DNA of 63,734 nucleotides, filler included, from Octopus bimaculoides (taxonomy: Eukaryota): assembly GCF_001194135.2 (NCBI RefSeq). It is 10 parts of 10 records of this genome, joined end to end, with 100 filler letters (N's around TTAATTAATTAA, not from the genome) between each part and the next. Parts side by side here need not be neighbours in the genome. Positions count along the whole stretch, not along the records: positions 62,682 to 63,734 come from NW_026417518.1; 9 more parts are not named here. The stretch is one strand, 5' to 3'. Below the pieces are notes generated by a model. The model worked only from the letters and a program-made list of their open reading frames with translations, did no database searches and had not been told where the DNA came from. Positions 62,725 through 63,734 of the stretch are shown in pieces. Both the position numbers and the translations under genes were made by a program. Positions within the stretch are counted from its first letter, which is position 1. Each line of letters begins with the position of its first letter.

Positions 62725-63734
62725 GTGAAACAGAATTTCAGATCGATAGAGAAAGAAAGGGAGAAATTATAATTTAAAGATATGACTGACTTGCAGGCTG
62801 GCTGGCTGGCTGGCTGGCTGGCTGGTTGGCTGGCTGGCTGGCTGGATGGATGGATGGATGGATGGATGGATNNNNNNNNNNNNNNNNNNNNNNNNNNGAT
62901 GGATATATACGTAGATAGATAGATAGTTATTAAACAGAAGTTCAGATCGATAGAGACAGAAAGGGATAGATTTAGAATTTAAGAGGGAGAGAGTTATTGC
63001 GAAACGGAGTGAAAGTTAAATTATGCAGAACAAGGAAAGAAACATGAATGAACGATAGAAAACTAAGAAAAAAAAGAAAAGAAAGGAAGAAAGAAATTAC
63101 ATGTAATAAAATAATAAAGTATATTTTTGAAACGTTGAAACAAGCGGTGAAGACAGAAATACGCGAACAATAAAGACATAGTGTGCGATGCAGGAGGTAA
63201 ACGGGCGAGCGAGCAAGCAAGCAATGAAATAACTGTGAAAGACATGGAGAAAGAACTAGAGAGACATAGCAAGTCTATGAGAGGGAATGTAACAATATAC
63301 AAAAAAATTGAAAACAGCATAATGCAAAATACAAGTAACAGAACATAAACCAACACGTAGAGTCAGTCAGTTTTGTAATTAATTTAACAAGATTACGGAA
63401 ACTAAAATGTCAATTTTATAAATGGTAAACATATATTATTGAAATGTTGTTTATTTTGGTTTAGCAAGAGCGGGGTAACAAACAATATCAGAATGTTCAT
63501 TCTAATGGAATTTGCCAAACTTGATTTTCTACTTAAAGCTGCAATCCCCACCGTCTCCTCCACCGCTACGCCTACGACACGCTCCGCTCATACACAGACC
63601 GACAACGACCCAAAATTAGGAATTAATTTACTTACACACGTCATCCTTTTGCATACACATACTTATATACACACACATATACATACATATATGTATATAC
63701 ACATATATACATGTATATATATATATATATATAT

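Overview
Eukaryotic, very repeat-rich draft-assembly DNA, most likely cephalopod/Octopus. That assignment is inferred from the SINE families, the dense (TA)/(TATG)/(ATT) microsatellites and the mollusc-like gene; it is not proven. The only host gene I can support is a 5-coding-exon Sfp-type 4'-phosphopantetheinyl transferase, AASDHPPT (9011-14341, + strand, about 314 aa). Everything else is decayed mobile DNA: CR1/L2-type and R4/Dong-like non-LTR retrotransposon fragments, at least three tRNA-derived SINE families, mariner and hAT derivatives, MITEs, a long-TIR element, microsatellites and sequencing gaps. Nine 100-bp gaps carry an artificial TTAATTAATTAA linker, so the window is about ten concatenated pieces and adjacency across those linkers cannot be trusted. 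Most interesting signals: (1) an apparently intact minimal type-I hammerhead ribozyme with a palindromic helix III at 32217-32288, plus several decayed relatives, one antisense in AASDHPPT intron 1; (2) a perfect 327-bp inverted repeat, built from a 344-bp tandem unit, starting 95 nt after the AASDHPPT stop codon; (3) a possible intronic-polyadenylation short isoform of AASDHPPT; (4) two R4/Dong-like families tied to different microsatellites. I found no CRISPR array, no RNA genes and no prokaryote-type system. Most of the supplied ORFs are microsatellite or N-gap artefacts.
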